This document shows positions 61,169 to 64,000 of a DNA stretch of 64,000 nucleotides, one piece after another. The translations under genes were made by a program, and so were the position numbers. Numbering within the stretch: position 1 is the first letter of the stretch; every line of letters begins with the position of its first letter. The notes beneath the pieces are model-generated. The model worked only from the letters and a program-made list of their open reading frames with translations, ran no database searches and had not been told where the DNA came from. The stretch is from positions 1 to 64,000 of the forward strand of contig QPGO01000184.1 of the NCBI GenBank assembly GCA_008632985.1. The letters run 5' to 3'. This stretch comes from Psammoneis japonica. Lineage: Eukaryota.

Positions 61169-62779
61169 TAAACACCGCACAAAATCGGCGGTGGCCAGCA
61201 TAACGAGCAACGGGAACGGGACAGTACAATAAAGAGAATGTGTCTCATCCGTTGCAACCAAGATGTATCGTGTCAAAGTTTATGATGGCCGTAACTTTTA
61301 TCCGACTTGGAGTGTTTTCCTTTTTTTGGAAATCGCCGTCTTTTTTTTTGGTTTGCCATACAATGCTTTCTGATGAAACCCGCTTGGCGCAGTCTCTCAT
61401 TATTCGGCCCAATGAAACTCTTGAGCATGTAATGGAGGGTCATGCGATCCAAAAACTGTGAACGGAAAATATACTTCAAGACGCTTATTACGGATCTCGT
61501 CTGCATCTTCCACCGCGTGTAGACATTGTGCTGAAGCGAATACTGCTTAATTCTCTGGATCAATGGACTTTGGGTTTGATGTGGGGTTTATTTTTGTTTG
61601 TTCTTGAATTTTTCATTGCTCACGAGTTGGAAAGAATAGGATTGAATCTTTTAAAGACGATTGATAAACGAGAAGAAAGCTTGCAGCGAAGAATGACTAC
61701 CACCATAAACCACCACGTGCTCACATCTTTGAAACCTACACCTCGAGATCACCTGACAACAATAGGTCGGAAGCAGGCATCAAAGACGGAGATAAATCGG
61801 AACCCTGTTGGCAAGACGATTCATGGAAGAGTACCTGCTGATGTCGAATGGAAATTCTCAGCTCCACCAATTCGTTTCGCTTGCCGGTCCCATTCATAGG
61901 TTTGATTGGATTCTTTTTGTTATGGATCGCCAGCTTCCAAGTTTTATCCTTTGTCTTGGTCGGAGATGATGCATGGTGGCACGTTATCAGATCGCGACTG
62001 GCCATGAACTGGGAACTGGGATGGCACCATCTCGGCCAGAATCTTGGCATGCAAATGGTATTTGTGCATCCAAATGTATCGTATCTATTTGTTGTGCTTT
62101 AGACAGTGCGATTTCATAGAAATGCAATCGCTCTGGTGAGAAAACGACAGGAATTCTGTACGGTTATTAAGATGCTTATTGTGATTGGGTTTTGTCTCAC
62201 TGTGTTGCGCCACCTCGTTTGGTTTATCGATGATTGTAGGTTGCACCATTGTGGTCGGTTGGGGCGTTGCTCCGACCCGTACCCACACTGCACGACTTTG
62301 TTTTCGGCCTTTGCTTGATGCTGTTGTCTACTCGAACGATGGCACGAATGTCCATGGCGTTCTTATTGGTGGCATACTGTGCAGTTTCTGTTATCAATAT
62401 ACTCTGCGTGTTCAATTACTGGTTATGGCCAGAGACTGCCTCAGGTAACGCAAGCTACCTCTACTTCCAATGCCTTGCATACAACGTCTTTGCGGGCACT
62501 CTTTTCTTAGATTTTGGCTCTTCGACTATGAAGAGAGATAAGGCTCTCCGACTGAGAGAGAAACCTGGGAATACAGCACCGACCCAACAGCCTGGATGCA
62601 GCTGAAATACTGCAATACTCTAGAGAGATTAGAACAGCATTTATCTATACTTTTGTAAGGGTTATCATACTACAGACTAGAGCAAATTGTGCCCGAATTG
62701 TCTTGTCCACGCATTCAGTGACGGAGCTTCTTTCCCATTCGTGTGGTACTGAGGCCTTCTCCGCTCTCCTTGACGCGCT

Positions 62780-63150
62780 TGGATAGCTTTTCTCCCAACG
62801 CCTCGAAAGTCTAAACTACTGCTATCACTGGATTTCTTCTCCTTCCTGTTCACTATTGCAGTCGTTGTTTCCAAGTCATATTTCAATCGCTTGTCCTTGT
62901 TCTTATGAGAGGCGTCCAACTTTTTCCTAAACAATTTCTTGGAGTTCCGCTCCTGCTGCGAAACAGAGTACTCTCCCCTATCCAACTGTAAATCCACCTT
63001 GTGTGGGTCTGAGCTTGTGGAAAGGGTGTATATAGTTTCTTTCCTTTGCTCGTTTCTGTTTCCTTCCTCGGGACATTTTCTTTTGAAACTACTGCAAAAG
63101 CCTAGGCCAGTCCTCATTCTCAAAGTTGGGGTCCTTTTTCAGTTGTGTGG
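62780..63150 (-). pseudogene. KRR1: KRR1 (SSU processome) C-terminal fragment
   Basis: LKKDPNFENEDWxRxL*, KLYTPFPQAQT and KVDLQLDxGEY across frameshifts. Confidence 0.75.
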
Positions 63151-64000
63151 TGCTTGTATCAGCAGCTCAAGAAAGACCCCTGTCAAGGTGGGCATTGACC
63201 AATGTGTCTCAGGTCGCATCATCACTGCGGGGCAACTTTTTGGACATGCTGAAGCATCGACAGCAACTTGTTAGACCTGACGTCGATGCGCCGATCGTTG
63301 CAAGGGGTGATGAGGGGCAGAATGACGAACGAGTCGTTTTCGTCGCAGCATCATTATAGTGCTTCAAACGACACGTTACCAGCAGCAACATCAAACAAGG
63401 AGATGTCTGGAGGCCATGATATTGTTCGGTACTTAAGAGAATTGCTCTGGTTTTTGTTGGAGTACTACACTCGCCGCGGTAGAGATCGTCTTTCGCTCTC
63501 ATGTTCGTCCCAATTGCTGATTCGAAGCACGGAATATCTTGGTTTCCCTGCTGCGTGCCGATGATTGATCCGCTACGTCGCTTCTTGACGGACGGATACA
63601 GCTTTCGTGAAGTTCTTATAGACGATCAGCTCGGGTCTTTGTCAACATATCAAGCGGTTTCTGATACGGTAGCATAATGTCGATGCTGGAGAAGCCTACT
63701 TTGCATACCACGAGGACTAGTAAAAAACCGAATTGAGTCCTTACTGTTGCCATGTGCATAATTGCCATTTTTGCCTCGCATTGGCCTAAAACTTCCCATT
63801 AAGGCCATGAACGCGAGATCTGCCTTTTTTGAAAGCTGGGGTCGGTTTTGGAACAAGAACAGCGAGGAAGTGAGGTGATGGAGGAAGATCGTATTGCGTT
63901 TCAACTGATGTGAAACAGCCATGCCATGAGAGTCTGCAACTGGGTGCAGAGTGGTTGTCACCTGAAAGAAGAAATAAGAGGAAAACATGCCTCTGGAACG

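Noticed and set aside
61528..62605. Membrane-protein gene
   Set aside because: Only short hydrophobic frames with stops. It is probably another gene fragment but I cannot identify it.

Overview
Eukaryotic DNA, most likely a pennate diatom (inferred from CoDi-type Copia, diatom-type Gypsy/LINE proteins, short GT-AG introns and a diatom-type 7TM family). Two compartments with sharp borders. (1) About 1-46,050, plus an island at about 51,500-54,490, is a nest of dead repeats. It holds three CACTA/Plavaka-like DNA transposons (CATCAGAG termini, 2-bp TSDs), Gypsy, Copia and LINE fragments, two MITE families and composite satellites. (2) About 46,100-51,500 holds intact host genes (histone H1, PEN-2, an ankyrin-repeat protein), and 54,400-64,000 is a mosaic of broken host-gene fragments (POLE, DEAD-box helicase, 7TM, KRR1). 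The standout signal is that the repeat compartment has lost almost all TpA dinucleotides through TA->TG, TA->CA and TA->CG changes (A:T->G:C at TpA, both strands). Tyr codons became Cys/His/Arg, TAG stops and splice sites were erased, and TTAGGG became TTGGGG/TCAGGG. The changes arose independently in each repeat copy, while neighbouring genes are untouched. This looks like a repeat-targeted hypermutation system running opposite to fungal RIP. Most six-frame ORFs in the repeat compartment are artefacts of lost TAA/TAG stops. All alignments and counts were done by eye.
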